A stretch of 64,000 nt of DNA from Actinomycetota bacterium (GTDB lineage Bacteria > Actinomycetota > Thermoleophilia > UBA2241): positions 1,790 through 65,789 of the forward strand of contig PKYG01000097.1 in assembly GCA_003132585.1 (NCBI GenBank). Reading direction: 5' to 3'. The translations under genes and the position numbers were made by a program. A model generated the notes under the pieces. It searched no databases. It was not told where the DNA came from and saw nothing but the letters and a program-made list of their open reading frames with translations. The stretch's first letter is position 1; the number at the start of each line of letters is the position of its first letter. Below are positions 26,079 through 37,152 of the stretch, in pieces.

Positions 26079-26982
26079 CCATGACGAGAGCGCCTTGGGA
26101 CGGGCATCACTAGTGGGAGCTCATGCCGATACGGAAAGGCCAAGCGTCCCTTGGACCTATGTCGTCGGGCCCAAGAGAGGATGGTTTGACCTCCGCCTGC
26201 GAGCAGTGTGGGCTGCACGTGGACTCGTTCGGCTGTTCGTCTGGCGGGACTTCGTGGCCCTCTACAAGCAGACAGTGCTCGGGCCACTGTGGTACGTCGT
26301 GCAGCCATTGCTGACTACAGTGGTGTTCACAGTCGTATTTGGTCGAATCGCGAGTCTCCCCACCGATGAGTTGCCACAGTTCCTCTTCTATATGTCCGGC
26401 ATCGTGATATGGACCTACTTCGCGGGGTGCCTAACGAAAGTGTCCCTCACGTTCATCAGCAACACGCAGTTGTTCGGGAAGGTCTATTTCCCGCGCCAAA
26501 CGGTCCCGCTTTCGCTGGTGGTTTCGAACCTCATCACCTTTGCGGTCCAGTTGGCTCTCCTGATGGGCTTCATCGTTTACTTCGTGATCGTGGGAGGCGC
26601 GGTGCACCCCAATGCGTACGCTCTCTTACTCCCCGTATTGGTTCTGATGACGGCTGCACTTGGATTGGGCGCTGGACTGGTCGTGACGTCGGTCACGATC
26701 CGATATCGCGACCTTCAATACCTGCTTACCTTCGGCGTCCAGCTTGCGATGTTCCTGGCACCGGTTGTGATGCCGCTTTCGAGCGTTCATGGAAAGCTCC
26801 GATGGCTGATGATCGCCAACCCGATGACATCCATCGTGGAGAGTTTCCGCTTCGGACTTCTGGGCGCGGGGGAAGTCAACCCTTGGCAGTTGGCCTTTAG
26901 TGCCGGCGTTGCGGTGGCGTTATGCGTCGTAGGGTTGGGTCTGTTCAACCGAGTAGAGCGGACCTTTATGGACAGCGTATGA
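26068..26982 (+). CDS. wzm: Polysaccharide ABC transporter permease
   Basis: RDFVALYKQTVLGPLW, KVYFPR, RYRDLQY, ANPMT, ERTFMD. Confidence 0.92.
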   Translation: MPASHDESALGRASLVGAHADTERPSVPWTYVVGPKRGWFDLRLRAVWAARGLVRLFVWRDFVALYKQTVLGPLWYVVQPLLTTVVFTVVFGRIASLPTDELPQFLFYMSGIVIWTYFAGCLTKVSLTFISNTQLFGKVYFPRQTVPLSLVVSNLITFAVQLALLMGFIVYFVIVGGAVHPNAYALLLPVLVLMTAALGLGAGLVVTSVTIRYRDLQYLLTFGVQLAMFLAPVVMPLSSVHGKLRWLMIANPMTSIVESFRFGLLGAGEVNPWQLAFSAGVAVALCVVGLGLFNRVERTFMDSV

Positions 26983-28268
26983 CTCAGCATGCCGTTTCTG
27001 TTGAAGCCCTTTCGAAGTGCTATCAACTTGGCACTATCGGCACAGGCACGCTGCACGGCGATCTCAGCAGGGCGTGGGCGCGAGTTCGAAATAGGCCTGA
27101 TCCTTTCTCTGTGATTGGCAGTCAGGTACCCACTAAGACAGCCACGGGTCCGGCGTGGGCTTTGCGAGATGTGTCTTTCGAAGTCGCTGAAGGACAAGTC
27201 ATGGGAATCGTGGGTAGAAACGGTGCGGGCAAGACCACGCTTCTGAAGATCTTGGCTCGAATCACGGCGCCAACCTCGGGGGTGGCGAGAGTCCGTGGTC
27301 GGCTTGCCAGCCTCCTTGAGGTTGGAACCGGCTTCCACCCTGAGCTCACGGGTCGCGACAACGTGCTGTTGAGCGGCACACTTCTCGGGATGAGTAGGAG
27401 AGAGATAGCCGCGCGTTTGGACGAGATTGTGGAGTTCTCCGAGGTAGGCAAGTACTTGGACACGCCGGTCAAAAGGTATTCAAGCGGGATGTACGTGCGC
27501 CTCGCATTCTCGGTGGCTGCGCATCTGTCTGCTGAAGTGCTGCTACTTGATGAGGTCCTGGCAGTCGGGGATGTGGAATTCCAACGAAAGTGCCGAGCTC
27601 ACATACGGTCGCTCGCCGAAGATGAAGGTAGGACCATTCTCTTTGTCAGTCACAATCTGGCCGCCGTCTCTGAGCTTTGCCCACGAACGCTGCTGTTGGA
27701 TCAAGGTGCACTCGCGGCGAATGATTCAACGAGTGAGGTCTTGAGGTCATACGTTCAAGGACTGGGCTCAAGGGATCCCGGCGTGGATGTCTCGGATCCC
27801 GGACTGCGATCTCAGGCCTCTTTGGTGGATAGCTTGTTCAAATGGGTAGGTGTTGAAGTGCGCGGCATCGACGGCGAAATCCTGCCGGAAGTACCCTTCG
27901 GGCAGCCGTTTGAGGTGTCTCTGGTTGGCGAAGCCAGTGCCGATTGCCAGGACTTGCTGATCGGACTTGCGGTGGTGTCGAACATCAGAGGCGTCATTCT
28001 CACTACTCACCAGGCCTACAGCGGGCTGCCGACCTCATACGCCAAAGGACGGCACGAATTCCGCGTGCTGTTCGACCCGAATCTTCTCGCGCCAGGCGCC
28101 TATGACCTCACTGTCGACGTTTTGGGGCCAATGGTGAGGGATCAGATACCAGCGGCTCTTGAGCTGAGCATCATCGATGTCGGGGCCGGAACGCGCGGTA
28201 TCTGGGCAGTCCCAGGTAGAGACGGAATACTTGATGCCCCATGCTCCTGGGACCACTCGCGATGCTGA
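26979..28268 (+). CDS. wzt: Polysaccharide ABC transporter ATPase with C-terminal Wzt_C-like domain
   Basis: GRNGAGKTT, GTGFHPELTGR, YSSGMYVRLAF, DEVLAVGD. Confidence 0.93.
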   Translation: MTQHAVSVEALSKCYQLGTIGTGTLHGDLSRAWARVRNRPDPFSVIGSQVPTKTATGPAWALRDVSFEVAEGQVMGIVGRNGAGKTTLLKILARITAPTSGVARVRGRLASLLEVGTGFHPELTGRDNVLLSGTLLGMSRREIAARLDEIVEFSEVGKYLDTPVKRYSSGMYVRLAFSVAAHLSAEVLLLDEVLAVGDVEFQRKCRAHIRSLAEDEGRTILFVSHNLAAVSELCPRTLLLDQGALAANDSTSEVLRSYVQGLGSRDPGVDVSDPGLRSQASLVDSLFKWVGVEVRGIDGEILPEVPFGQPFEVSLVGEASADCQDLLIGLAVVSNIRGVILTTHQAYSGLPTSYAKGRHEFRVLFDPNLLAPGAYDLTVDVLGPMVRDQIPAALELSIIDVGAGTRGIWAVPGRDGILDAPCSWDHSRC

Positions 28269-28311
28269 GTTGGCGCGTCGCGCCAAGCCTCGCTTTGAAG
28301 GTGACACAACA

Positions 28312-29553
28312 GTGACCGGCGACCTGTCCGCTAGAGTAGGGATTGTCTACCGTTCTCAGGACTTTGCCTTGGCCAATGGAGCCCTTTCCCTCAAGGCCTA
28401 TCATGCGGGGGAGCTGCGCAACTTGACGGGCGCGACTGGTCTCGACTACCTCAGTGTGTATGAGAGTCTCGGCCCCGTTGGGTTCGAGAAGTACGTCAAG
28501 AAGTGGGTCACTGACAACGAAATCCGCATCCTGTTCTTTGTCACCACCTTGTGGCTCGAGTTCGACACGGAGCTTCTGCTGTGGCTCTCGCAACGAGTCT
28601 TCATTGTTCATTGGATGTTCGACGATGTTACGGAGTTCGACGTGTTCTCTCGCTACTACGGTCAGTTCGCGGACCTAGTGTTGGTCGAGGACTACGTTAC
28701 TGCCCTGCGCTACGAGCAGATGGGGGTCAGTGCGCACTTTCGCACGCCGATCTACAGTGCCGAGATGTACAGCCCGATGGACCTGCCTCGCAGCGTGGAC
28801 GTGTCAATGGTTGGCATCCTGGCGGCGCAAGGGCGGGGTGAGTGCGTGCGTCGTCTCCGCCAAGAGGGTTTTGCCGTCGCGACCTACGGTGTCGATAGCC
28901 CGGCGGGACCCGTGTCACTTGAGCGGATGAGGGAGATCTTCTGCACGAGCAAAGTGAACCTTAACACGGCTGGAGTGACTCCTAGCAGGCGTGCTGCACG
29001 AGACCCTTCCGTGGCTCTTCGCAGACAGATCAAAGGCCGAATCACTGAAGTCGCGTTGACGCGATCCTTCGTCCTGACTGAGTATAGCCCAGGCCTTGAG
29101 CAAGCGTGGGGCATCGACACCGAAATCGGTGTTTTTCATACGCATGCGGAGCTGATCGCCAAGACTCGTTACTACTTGAGTCACGACGACGAGCGAGAGG
29201 CCATATCGTCTGCCGCATATGCGCGGGCCATTCGTGATTACGCTGGTCCCGCAGCCTTCGCTCGAGTCTTCGAGGAGGTGCTGGCACGGTTCTACGAGAC
29301 GGACTGGGCTGCAAAGCAGACTCGGACCAAACCCCCTCGCCTGGGCGAGGATGTGGGCCGAATCGTCGTAGCCAACCGCTTGGGGCGCTCCTGGCAGTTC
29401 GCGCGTGCCCATTCCTGGCGGGCGGCTGGTCAAGAAATGTCAATCGCTTGCACCGAGGCTTCTTCGGCTGCGCGCGCTCGTAGAGGCCGCGTTTGTCGCC
29501 CCGCTAGGTACCTGAAGATCGGTGCTAGGGCCGTGCTCGGACGGCTCCGGTAG
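28312..29553 (+). CDS. CgeB-like glycosyltransferase
   Basis: SKVNLN, QIKGRITEV, YYLSHDDERE.I; start uncertain (ORF open from 28177). Confidence 0.75.
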   Translation: MTGDLSARVGIVYRSQDFALANGALSLKAYHAGELRNLTGATGLDYLSVYESLGPVGFEKYVKKWVTDNEIRILFFVTTLWLEFDTELLLWLSQRVFIVHWMFDDVTEFDVFSRYYGQFADLVLVEDYVTALRYEQMGVSAHFRTPIYSAEMYSPMDLPRSVDVSMVGILAAQGRGECVRRLRQEGFAVATYGVDSPAGPVSLERMREIFCTSKVNLNTAGVTPSRRAARDPSVALRRQIKGRITEVALTRSFVLTEYSPGLEQAWGIDTEIGVFHTHAELIAKTRYYLSHDDEREAISSAAYARAIRDYAGPAAFARVFEEVLARFYETDWAAKQTRTKPPRLGEDVGRIVVANRLGRSWQFARAHSWRAAGQEMSIACTEASSAARARRGRVCRPARYLKIGARAVLGRLR

Positions 29554-29659
29554 TGAGAGGAGAGTCGTTTGCGGTGAGGTCGGGGTCTTTGCCGCGAAAG
29601 CACGCATCTCCGTCTTGCAGCGCTTCGGCCATGCGGCGCAATCCGGTGAGGGTCGAAGG

Positions 29660-31021
29660 ATGATACCGCGGTCCGTACTCTTTCTGACCGTGAAGCCCTT
29701 TGGCGCAGGTCGGTTCCGAAAACCCGATCTGCTAATGCCCGCGCAGCTGGACTATGAGGTCACGTACGTGCAGCCACTTCGCCGCGTCTTCGCGGACGTG
29801 TCAACGTACGACTTCTGGACTGACTACGTTGTTCGTGGGCCCGCCAAGGCGAACCGGGGTTTAGTGGAGTGCGTCAAGTCAACTCTGCCTTCCTACGTGG
29901 TGTGGCCGGCACGCATGTATGAGGTTTTCGAATCAACCTTGCTAGGCCTCGCGGACGCCGGCGCAATCGTTGTCGGCTGGTTCTTCGATGATGACCTGCG
30001 ATTCCACGACTACACTGCTGGCTGGCTCCCCTACCTTGACTATTGCATGACGCATCAGAAAGGGGCTCTTCAGGCCTATCGTGCGGCGGGTGCGAGAGCC
30101 TTCCACCTTATCCCTGGCGCAAATGCTGACGTCTATATGCCGCTCAAGTTGGATTTGCGCTATGACGTCACATTCGCTGGGAGGCACATGCCCCATCGCG
30201 TAACCTGGCTTGCTGAGTTCGCTCGGGGTGGGATTTCGGCCCAGGCTTTTGGCCGCGGGTTCCCGAGCGGCTTTCTGTCGACGCCGGATCTCGTGAGACT
30301 TTTCAACGAATCGCGAATCAATCTCTGCTTGAGTCGCTCGTACCGGGACGGCGGCGGCGTTCAATTGAAAGCGCGAGTGTTCGAGATTTGCATGAGCGGC
30401 GGCTTCTGCTTGTGCGAATGGACACCTGATCTGGAGGAATACTTCGACGTTGGCCGGGAGATAGAGGCCTTCAGAACCGTGAGTGAGGCGGTAGAAAAGG
30501 CTCGCTTCTACCTGGACGACGAGGCTTGTAGGACGGCCATCGCGCATGCTGGTTTGGAGCGAGCTCAGCGATGCTATCGAGAAGATCTACTTCTGGGTCG
30601 TGTATTCAACGCCATAGAAGAGGATAGGCGCTCTCCCCATTGTCACCGGAGGCGTAGTGTCGTGCCAGGCGCCAGTATCCATTCGGCACCAAACGCTGCT
30701 TCGTGGCACGCGGGCGTCTCAAGGGGGCTCCTGATGAATGCTGCACCACGCGACCGTTGGTTGGAGGAGGCGCGGCTAGCTCTGGAGTATGCTCCCCGGA
30801 ATGCGGAAGCGTTGCGTCTTCTGCGATTGCGCGCTTTGCCACACCGCATCGCAACTCCGGCCTTGCAACTCTCGGAGCTCTTGGACCAGCTGCGTGGGGC
30901 CTTGGCAAGGGGCAAGCACCTCGTGCGCGAGTGCGGTGCCTTCGCTAGACACCGGCGAAGCAGTCGAGATAGGCGCGATCCCTCTGGCCCGCCAAACGAG
31001 AGCAAGGGGGCCGCCCGGTGA
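29660..31021 (+). CDS. CgeB-like glycosyltransferase
   Basis: WFFDDD, DVTFAG, SRINL, QLKARVFEI..SGGF. Confidence 0.78.
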   Translation: MIPRSVLFLTVKPFGAGRFRKPDLLMPAQLDYEVTYVQPLRRVFADVSTYDFWTDYVVRGPAKANRGLVECVKSTLPSYVVWPARMYEVFESTLLGLADAGAIVVGWFFDDDLRFHDYTAGWLPYLDYCMTHQKGALQAYRAAGARAFHLIPGANADVYMPLKLDLRYDVTFAGRHMPHRVTWLAEFARGGISAQAFGRGFPSGFLSTPDLVRLFNESRINLCLSRSYRDGGGVQLKARVFEICMSGGFCLCEWTPDLEEYFDVGREIEAFRTVSEAVEKARFYLDDEACRTAIAHAGLERAQRCYREDLLLGRVFNAIEEDRRSPHCHRRRSVVPGASIHSAPNAASWHAGVSRGLLMNAAPRDRWLEEARLALEYAPRNAEALRLLRLRALPHRIATPALQLSELLDQLRGALARGKHLVRECGAFARHRRSSRDRRDPSGPPNESKGAAR

Positions 31022-31390
31022 TCACAGTGGCCATACCCACTCTGGACCGCAAGCCGTATGCCCTCCGCGCGTTGAAGCCTTTGGCCCGGCAGACCGCCGA
31101 TGACTGCGCATCGTCCTGCCCATGTGCGGAGAAGGGACAACGATGACTTCCGAGCGAGTGTGCGGCCGTTGGGTGCCGGAGTCTCGGCTTGCGCGCTTCT
31201 GCTTGCGCGCTTCTGCCTTGGGCGTTGCGTGCGCATACAGGATGCATCTCCTGTTGTCGGGTCTACTCACCGCGGACCGACGCCGCGAACGGGCCAGCGC
31301 AACGTGGTTGCTGGGTTGGTGGGCAGTGCGCGCATCCTGTTCGTCGGCAGCCTCCTCGGTCTGCCAGATTCCCGGCGCTTCTGGATGATC
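31018..31390 (+). pseudogene. Internally deleted GT2 remnant
   Basis: GTG coupled to the upstream TGA reads VITVAIPTLDRKPYALRALKPLARQ (cf. 38764 ITVAVPTYRHPDYAMDALRSLVDQ); later WVPESRLA resembles a GT2 C-terminal segment. Confidence 0.6.
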
Positions 31391-31512
31391 GCGCGCTCGA
31401 TGAACGGCGCAGCCCGGCAGGTCTGCAGCCAGTATCGCCCCAGCATCCACGGCGCCATTGTTCGCGCCGCACCGGTCTCCGGTGATGGCTATCGGAGCGC
31501 GGCGGTGGCGGA

Positions 31513-33036
31513 ATGACTGGGCGCGTGCTCGTCCATTCTCGAGTTGCAACCGGGCTCTCGACACTCGTGGGTGGCTCGCTCCTTGCCGTCGTTTTGGGCT
31601 GGGCTGCGGTTGGTCACCACCAGAAGACCATCATCTTCCTGCTTGCTCCGCTGGCGCTGGCTCTGATTCTCCGAGCCGGCAGCAAGAACCGTTTTGCCAT
31701 CCTGTTGTTTGTGTCGGCGGCGATTCCCATTCTAAGCCGCAACATGCTTCCCTTGGGCGTGTTCTTCGGCTTGGCTCTGGTTGCTGCACTCGTCGTCGCG
31801 CATTGGACCAGTCGCGTCTCTTCCCGCGTCACCCACGGCATGGCCGTTGGCCTTCCACTCGTGCTCTTCTTGGGCTTGGGCATGGCGGCGATGCTCGTGA
31901 ACGGCGACGGCATGCGTGCCGGTGCGGTGTGCTTCACACCCGCGGTTTGGTACTTGGCTGCGGCAGCGTTCGTAAGGGGGCCACGTGAGGCTCTACGGGT
32001 CCAAGCGGCGTGCGCCATCGGGGGGTTGGTCTACTTGCTCATTGTGTTGGTTTCGGGGGCGCTGGGGTGGGGCGGCGCTTCTCTCTCGGCAGTGGCCGGT
32101 GATCCTGGGCAGACTGGGATGTCCAGATTGGGGGCGCAGGCCTGGACGCTGCACAGCAACTTGCTGGCCATCCAGTTCTATCCCACATGGCTCGCTACAC
32201 TTCTTGCTTTGGCGATGCCGGCAGCGTTTCTGCTGTTCTTTCGCGCGACCGGCCGTTGGGGCGCGAGGTTTTGGTGGGCCCTCGCCGGGCTGTCCTTGGC
32301 GTATGGTCTTCTTCTCACAGGCGCCCGAGCGGGAGCAACTGGCGCACTTGTCGGCACCAGCGTCACTCTGGTCGCTTCGGGGCGGTTCAGAATCCGTCGA
32401 GTACTGGTATGGTCGGCTACAGCAGCAGTTTCGGTCCTTGCCTTTGGCTTTCTCCTCATGCGCCTCCTGAGCAGCGTTGTGCCGTCCGCGAACGTGGCTC
32501 GCATTGTCGCGGTATTGTCCACCGCACACGACCCAACCGGGAATCTGGCAGGCAGGCTCAGGATCTTGCGCGAGACGCTGGCTCTCGCGAGCGGCGCCCC
32601 TTTGGGTCACGGCTTCGCCTACTGGAGTCTTCGTGGCAGAGACGATGCAATCGTCTTCGCGATGCTTCTCAATGGAGTGGGGCCTCTTGCGGTTCTCTGC
32701 ATGACCGCCCTGCTACTGGTTCTTCTGACGGCATTCGTCAGGCGGGCACGAGGTTCGGTTTCGGATGGGCGCGACGCAGTCGCGATAGGCTTGGGAGTGC
32801 TGGTTGCGGGGTTCTTAGCTGGAGTAGGCAGCCACAGCGTCCTCATTGAGCCGGTTCAGAGCTTCATCTTCTGGGGGTTCGCGATGACGGCGTACTGGGC
32901 GGCGCATCCGCTTGAGCCCATAGGATCGGCTCGATCCCTCCAGCTGAGCACCGGGGAGCTACGTCCCCAAGGAGTCGGCGGAGTGCGCACTGCCCCAGCC
33001 GGCAGCTCGGTCTCTGGCACAAGGCACAGGTCGTGA
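31513..33036 (+). CDS. O-antigen ligase/polymerase-like membrane protein (paralog A)
   Basis: ~12 TMs, LTGARAG, GNLAGRLRIL, PLGHGF. Confidence 0.75.
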   Translation: MTGRVLVHSRVATGLSTLVGGSLLAVVLGWAAVGHHQKTIIFLLAPLALALILRAGSKNRFAILLFVSAAIPILSRNMLPLGVFFGLALVAALVVAHWTSRVSSRVTHGMAVGLPLVLFLGLGMAAMLVNGDGMRAGAVCFTPAVWYLAAAAFVRGPREALRVQAACAIGGLVYLLIVLVSGALGWGGASLSAVAGDPGQTGMSRLGAQAWTLHSNLLAIQFYPTWLATLLALAMPAAFLLFFRATGRWGARFWWALAGLSLAYGLLLTGARAGATGALVGTSVTLVASGRFRIRRVLVWSATAAVSVLAFGFLLMRLLSSVVPSANVARIVAVLSTAHDPTGNLAGRLRILRETLALASGAPLGHGFAYWSLRGRDDAIVFAMLLNGVGPLAVLCMTALLLVLLTAFVRRARGSVSDGRDAVAIGLGVLVAGFLAGVGSHSVLIEPVQSFIFWGFAMTAYWAAHPLEPIGSARSLQLSTGELRPQGVGGVRTAPAGSSVSGTRHRS

Positions 33037-34184
33037 TGTCACAGTTCGAGAGCCAGGCCTTGGAAGTATCCGTTGTTATTCCCACACGTAATCGAGCGCC
33101 GAGGGTTGCCGCTCTACTTGACTCGATCGCCAGGGTCCGCGAGACGCAACTCGCATGGGAAGTCATCGTCGTGGACAACGGATCGACCGACAGGACGGCT
33201 ACGGTTGTGCGTCAGGCTGCGAGTATGGCTCACATGCCGATCAGGTACGTGAGCGAGCCTGAGCCCGGACTCCACGCTGGCCGGCACCGCGGTGCTCGGG
33301 AGGCGCGCGGTGAGGTTGTCGCCTATCTGGACGACGACACGCAAGTGCACGAAGACTGGCTGCGAGGCGCAGAGCCTGTGCTCCGGGGGCTGGCCGACGC
33401 GGTGGCTTGCAGGATCCTTCCACAGTGGGAAGCGCCGGTCACCTCATGGCTCGAGGACCTGGTGAGCACGGGAGTGTACGGACCCCTCACCCTCTTGGAC
33501 CTTGGCGAGGAGCAACGTGAAGTAGAACCGGAGTTCGTCTGGGGTGCGGGCTTCTTCATCCGGAGGTCTCTTGTGTTCGACCTGAATGGTTTCCATCCCG
33601 ACAGCATGCCCGCTGAGCTCCTGCGGTTCCGGGGGGACGGCGAGAGCGGGCTCATGCGCAAGTTCGCGGCTGCGGGGCATCGTGCGTGGTACGACCCCTC
33701 GTCGGTGGTTGAGCATGCCATGTCCACTAAACGGATGACCCACCTGTACTTGCGCGAACGGTTCTATCGCCAAGGTATCAGTGACTCGTTCGCTGAGCTG
33801 CGCGCGGAGCTCCTATCGCGCGTTGACCTCGGACCAGCGGCTGGGCTTGCTGAGAGCCCGCGGCCGGCAGCCAGGACTCAGCCACGCGTTGCGCCTGAAG
33901 GCTTGCTCCATGTGACGCCGCGGCGGATGGCCGGCGGAATCCGGCGTGGTCGGGCCTGGGCTTCGCGCAACTTGACGGCGTCGCGCAGATCGAGGTTGCG
34001 GTTTGACGAAGACATGCGGCGTGCGGCCCTGCGAGGTCGTGATTTCCATCGGCGAGCAGCGGAAAGCGATACGGGTGTCATGGCGTGGGTGAGACTGCCG
34101 CACTACATCGACGTGTCGCTGTCTGATTTCTCCTCCTTCGCAGGGCCACTTGATTCCCATGACGTGACGCGACCCGAAGGATGA
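33033..34184 (+). CDS. GT2 glycosyltransferase
   Basis: SVVIPTRNR, VDNGSTD, GLHAGRH, YLDDD, GFHPD..RFRGDGE. Confidence 0.88.
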   Translation: MMSQFESQALEVSVVIPTRNRAPRVAALLDSIARVRETQLAWEVIVVDNGSTDRTATVVRQAASMAHMPIRYVSEPEPGLHAGRHRGAREARGEVVAYLDDDTQVHEDWLRGAEPVLRGLADAVACRILPQWEAPVTSWLEDLVSTGVYGPLTLLDLGEEQREVEPEFVWGAGFFIRRSLVFDLNGFHPDSMPAELLRFRGDGESGLMRKFAAAGHRAWYDPSSVVEHAMSTKRMTHLYLRERFYRQGISDSFAELRAELLSRVDLGPAAGLAESPRPAARTQPRVAPEGLLHVTPRRMAGGIRRGRAWASRNLTASRRSRLRFDEDMRRAALRGRDFHRRAAESDTGVMAWVRLPHYIDVSLSDFSSFAGPLDSHDVTRPEG

Positions 34185-34220
34185 ATGCGTGAGCGGCATT
34201 CGGGCTGAGGAAAAGACTCG

Positions 34221-34514
34221 ATGAAGAAGGCAGATGAGGCTGGTCACCGGAGACTGGCCCTGTTCTACCCGTACCGGTACTGGGCGACGTTCGCCGCGCT
34301 CGACGACCTGGGTGCACTCCTGGGGCAGGCGGGGTGGCAGATCGATCTCTTGGCGCCGGCAACGCCCGATCCCGCAAGTCACGTCGAAGGTTCGTTTCGT
34401 GGGATCAAGTCAGGAGCGAGCTTGGCTGCAGCAAGGCCCAGGACAGTGCCCGCTGCTACAGCCCAACGAATCCGCGGAGACATGAGGCGGCCGCAGGATG
34501 CCAAGGTGCCGTAG
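34221..34514 (+). pseudogene. 5' stub of a glycosyltransferase paralogous to the 39970 gene
   Basis: RLALFYPY...LDDLGALLGQAGWQIDLLA versus RVGVIYPY...LVDVGALLRDRGYVVDLLA. Confidence 0.7.
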
Positions 34515-34559
34515 GGGCCTCAGCCAACCAACATTCGACGAGCGAGACCGACAAAGGAA

Positions 34560-35073
34560 TCACCGTTTCCTCCGAATTCGAACGTGAAGCCAGTCGGTGT
34601 CATGATGGTTCTGCCGTTCAAGCAAGAGCAGGTCGGCCTCTGGCAGGCTCCCGAGTACGTTTTCGTATCGAATGGAGCGATTCCATGCAAGAAACTCGTT
34701 GCCCCTAGCGCTGAAGTTCCATTGATGAAGCTCTCGATAGCCTTCCTTTTCCCCCTCGTTTTCGACTTGCCAGATCGCCAACCAGCAAGAAGGTCTGACA
34801 ACGTGCAGGCAGGCGCGAAAGGCCTGCAGAGGGTCGTGTCCGTGATCGAGTGAGTTGTGGGCGACGACGAGGTCAAATGACGACTCAGGGAAGGCCGAGT
34901 CGATGCTCTCTGCATCGCCCGGCATGACGGGCACCAGCTGCTGCAATGGAAGGCGAGCAAGGATACGTTCGTAGTCGCTGGCCAGCGGGTCGACCGCTGT
35001 GATTTCAATAAGCCGTTCCGGCCATTCCTTCCCGATGACGGTGAAAGGTCCTGAGCCAACATCTAGTATTTTG
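34560..35073 (-). pseudogene. 5'-truncated class I SAM methyltransferase
   Basis: Frame open up to the IS end: KILDVGSGPFT...AVDPLA...FDLVVAHNSLDH.DP...LHQWNF; no proper start before motif I. Confidence 0.8.
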
Positions 35074-35102
35074 TGTCACTGCCGGTGTGAAACTGACCCA
35101 CT
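35074..35102. mobile_element. Orphan IS21-type terminus
   Basis: tgtcactgccggtgtgaaactgacccact resembles IS21-family ends; lies 33 bp outside the intact IR. Confidence 0.6.
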
Positions 35103-35160
35103 ATTGTGTCAACGCCGCCCCAATCCTGAACAGTTTTCGCCGCTCCAATTCTGAACACTC

Positions 35161-35931
35161 TCAGCCGTCGACCTCACCCTGTAGCACCTCCTTGCCCTTG
35201 CCTTTGAGCCGGTAGCTGTCGCCGCGCAGGACGAGCACCTCGGCGTGGTGCACGAGACGGTCGACCAATGCCGCCACGGCCACCGGATCGCCGAAGATCT
35301 CCGCCCAGCCCGAGAACGTTTTGTTCGAGCTCACGATGATCGAAGAGCGCTCGTAGCGGCTCGAGACCAGCGCGAAGAACAGCGCCGCCGCCTCGGGGTC
35401 GAAGGGGATGTAGCCGACCTCGTCGACGACGATCAGCGGCAGACGGCCGATGCGCTCGAGCTCCTCGTCGAGACGGCCCTGTCGTTTGGCGGCGGCAAGG
35501 CGCGCCACCCATTGCTGCGCCGAGGCAAAGGCCACCCGGTGGCCGCGGCGCGCGGCCTGCACCCCGAGGGCGATCGAGAGGTGCGTCTTGCCGGTGCCCG
35601 GCGGCCCTAAGAAGATCACGTTCTTGTGCTCGATCAGGAAGTCGAGCTGGGTGAGGTGCAGGACGGCCTCGCGCTTCAGCGAGCGCTGGAAGGCAAAGTC
35701 GAAGTCGTCGAGCGTCTTCACCTGGGGGAAGCGTGCCGCCTTGACGCGCGCCGCACCGCCGTGGCTCTCACGCGCGGCGACCTCCTCACCGAGCACCGCC
35801 GCCAGGTAGGCCTCGTAGCTCCAGCCCTCCTCGCGGGCGCGCTCGGCCAGCGTCTCGGCCAACTCGCGCACCCGCGGCGCCTTCAGGGCCCGGGCGCAGA
35901 AGGCGACCTCGCTGGCCGCCTTGGCGCTCAC
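35161..35931 (-). CDS. istB: IS21 helper ATPase IstB
   Basis: KTLDDFDF, GPPGTGKTHL, DEVGY, RYER, DRLVHH, GDSYR. Confidence 0.95.
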   Translation of the reverse strand: MSAKAASEVAFCARALKAPRVRELAETLAERAREEGWSYEAYLAAVLGEEVAARESHGGAARVKAARFPQVKTLDDFDFAFQRSLKREAVLHLTQLDFLIEHKNVIFLGPPGTGKTHLSIALGVQAARRGHRVAFASAQQWVARLAAAKRQGRLDEELERIGRLPLIVVDEVGYIPFDPEAAALFFALVSSRYERSSIIVSSNKTFSGWAEIFGDPVAVAALVDRLVHHAEVLVLRGDSYRLKGKGKEVLQGEVDG

Positions 35932-37152
35932 GAGCTCACCCCGAGCAGAGCGTCGTAGCGGGCGAGATCGACCGCCTCAAGCTCGGGCTCGCCGCCCTTG
36001 AGGCGTCGCTGGGCCTCCTGCGCAGCGGCCAGAGCTCTCATGTGCTCGTGGTCGCGCACCACGTCGGCCGGCACGTAGCTGTGCGCATGGCGGGCAATCT
36101 GGCGCGCTTCGCAGAACAGGGAGAGCTCAGAGAGGCCGAGGTGCACGCACACCCGCCGCCCGGCGTAGCCCGGCGGCAGCGAGTAGTCGACGCCGGCCAC
36201 GCGCGCGAAGCCGTCGCGGCTCACCCGCACCTCGAGGCGCCGGTCGGTGGCCGGCGCCGGGTCGGGCAGAGGGGCGAGCTCGGCGCGCTCGACGGCGAGC
36301 GCCTCCGCCACCCGCGCGCCGAGACGCCGGAGGTAGCGCGTCCAGGCGACCTCGCGCGTCCAGGCATCGCTCTGCGCCTGCAAGGTCGGCGAGGCCGGCA
36401 AAGCGGCGCAGCGGCAAGAACGAGCTCTCCAAGTAGCCGTTGGTGCGCTCCACCGATCCCTTGCTCTGCGGGCGCGCGGGGGGCAGCACGATGCAGCCCA
36501 TGGCGAGCGCGCCGAGCAGGCCGGCGAGCTCGTCGACGGGGCGCGGACGTGCATGGCCACGACGCACGACGAGGCTCGTGTCGTTGTCGACGACCAGCTT
36601 CGCCGGCACGCCGCCGAGGCGCGCGAGGCAGCCGAAGAGGGCGGGCACCGCGTCGGCCGTGGTCTGCGAGTGCGTGTAGACCACGGCGTGGGCGGCCGAG
36701 AAGGGCAGCGTGGCGACCAGGCCGTGGGCGCGACGGCGCGCGCCCTTGCCCACGGGCACGTCGATGCCGGTATCCCACCAGTCGGCCTGCAAAAGCTCGC
36801 CCGGCGCGTAGCTCGTGCGCCCGAAGTCACGGGCGGCCTTGAACTGCGGGCGCACCGCCGCCAGGTAGTCCTTCAAGATGGTGATGCCGCCAGCGTAGCC
36901 GGCGCGTTGCAGATGCTCGCGGATCACCGTCGCCGGCACGCTTGCATCTTCGCTGAGCATCTCGAGCACGGCACCCTTGAACGGGTCGAGCAGAGATGCG
37001 GCCGGTTCGCGCTCGTAGGCTGGGGGCTCTGCCAGGGCCAGCAGCCGGTAGACCGTCGTGCGGCTCATCTCCAGCCGCCTGGCGATCGCTCGCTTGGAGA
37101 GGCCTTCGCGATCGAGCCTGCGGGCCTCCGACCAATCATGCACCTGATACAC
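35928..37152 (-). pseudogene. istA: IS21 transposase IstA, frameshifted near 36382
   Basis: HTH, QADW, VDND and KGSVER in one frame; C-terminus (YSLP...GRRV, VDLARYD) in another; one extra base in gaccttgcag. Confidence 0.9.

Noticed and set aside
31187-31214. 14-bp tandem repeat gcttgcgcgcttct x2
   Set aside because: Only two copies inside a pseudogene; no sign of a phase-variable tract
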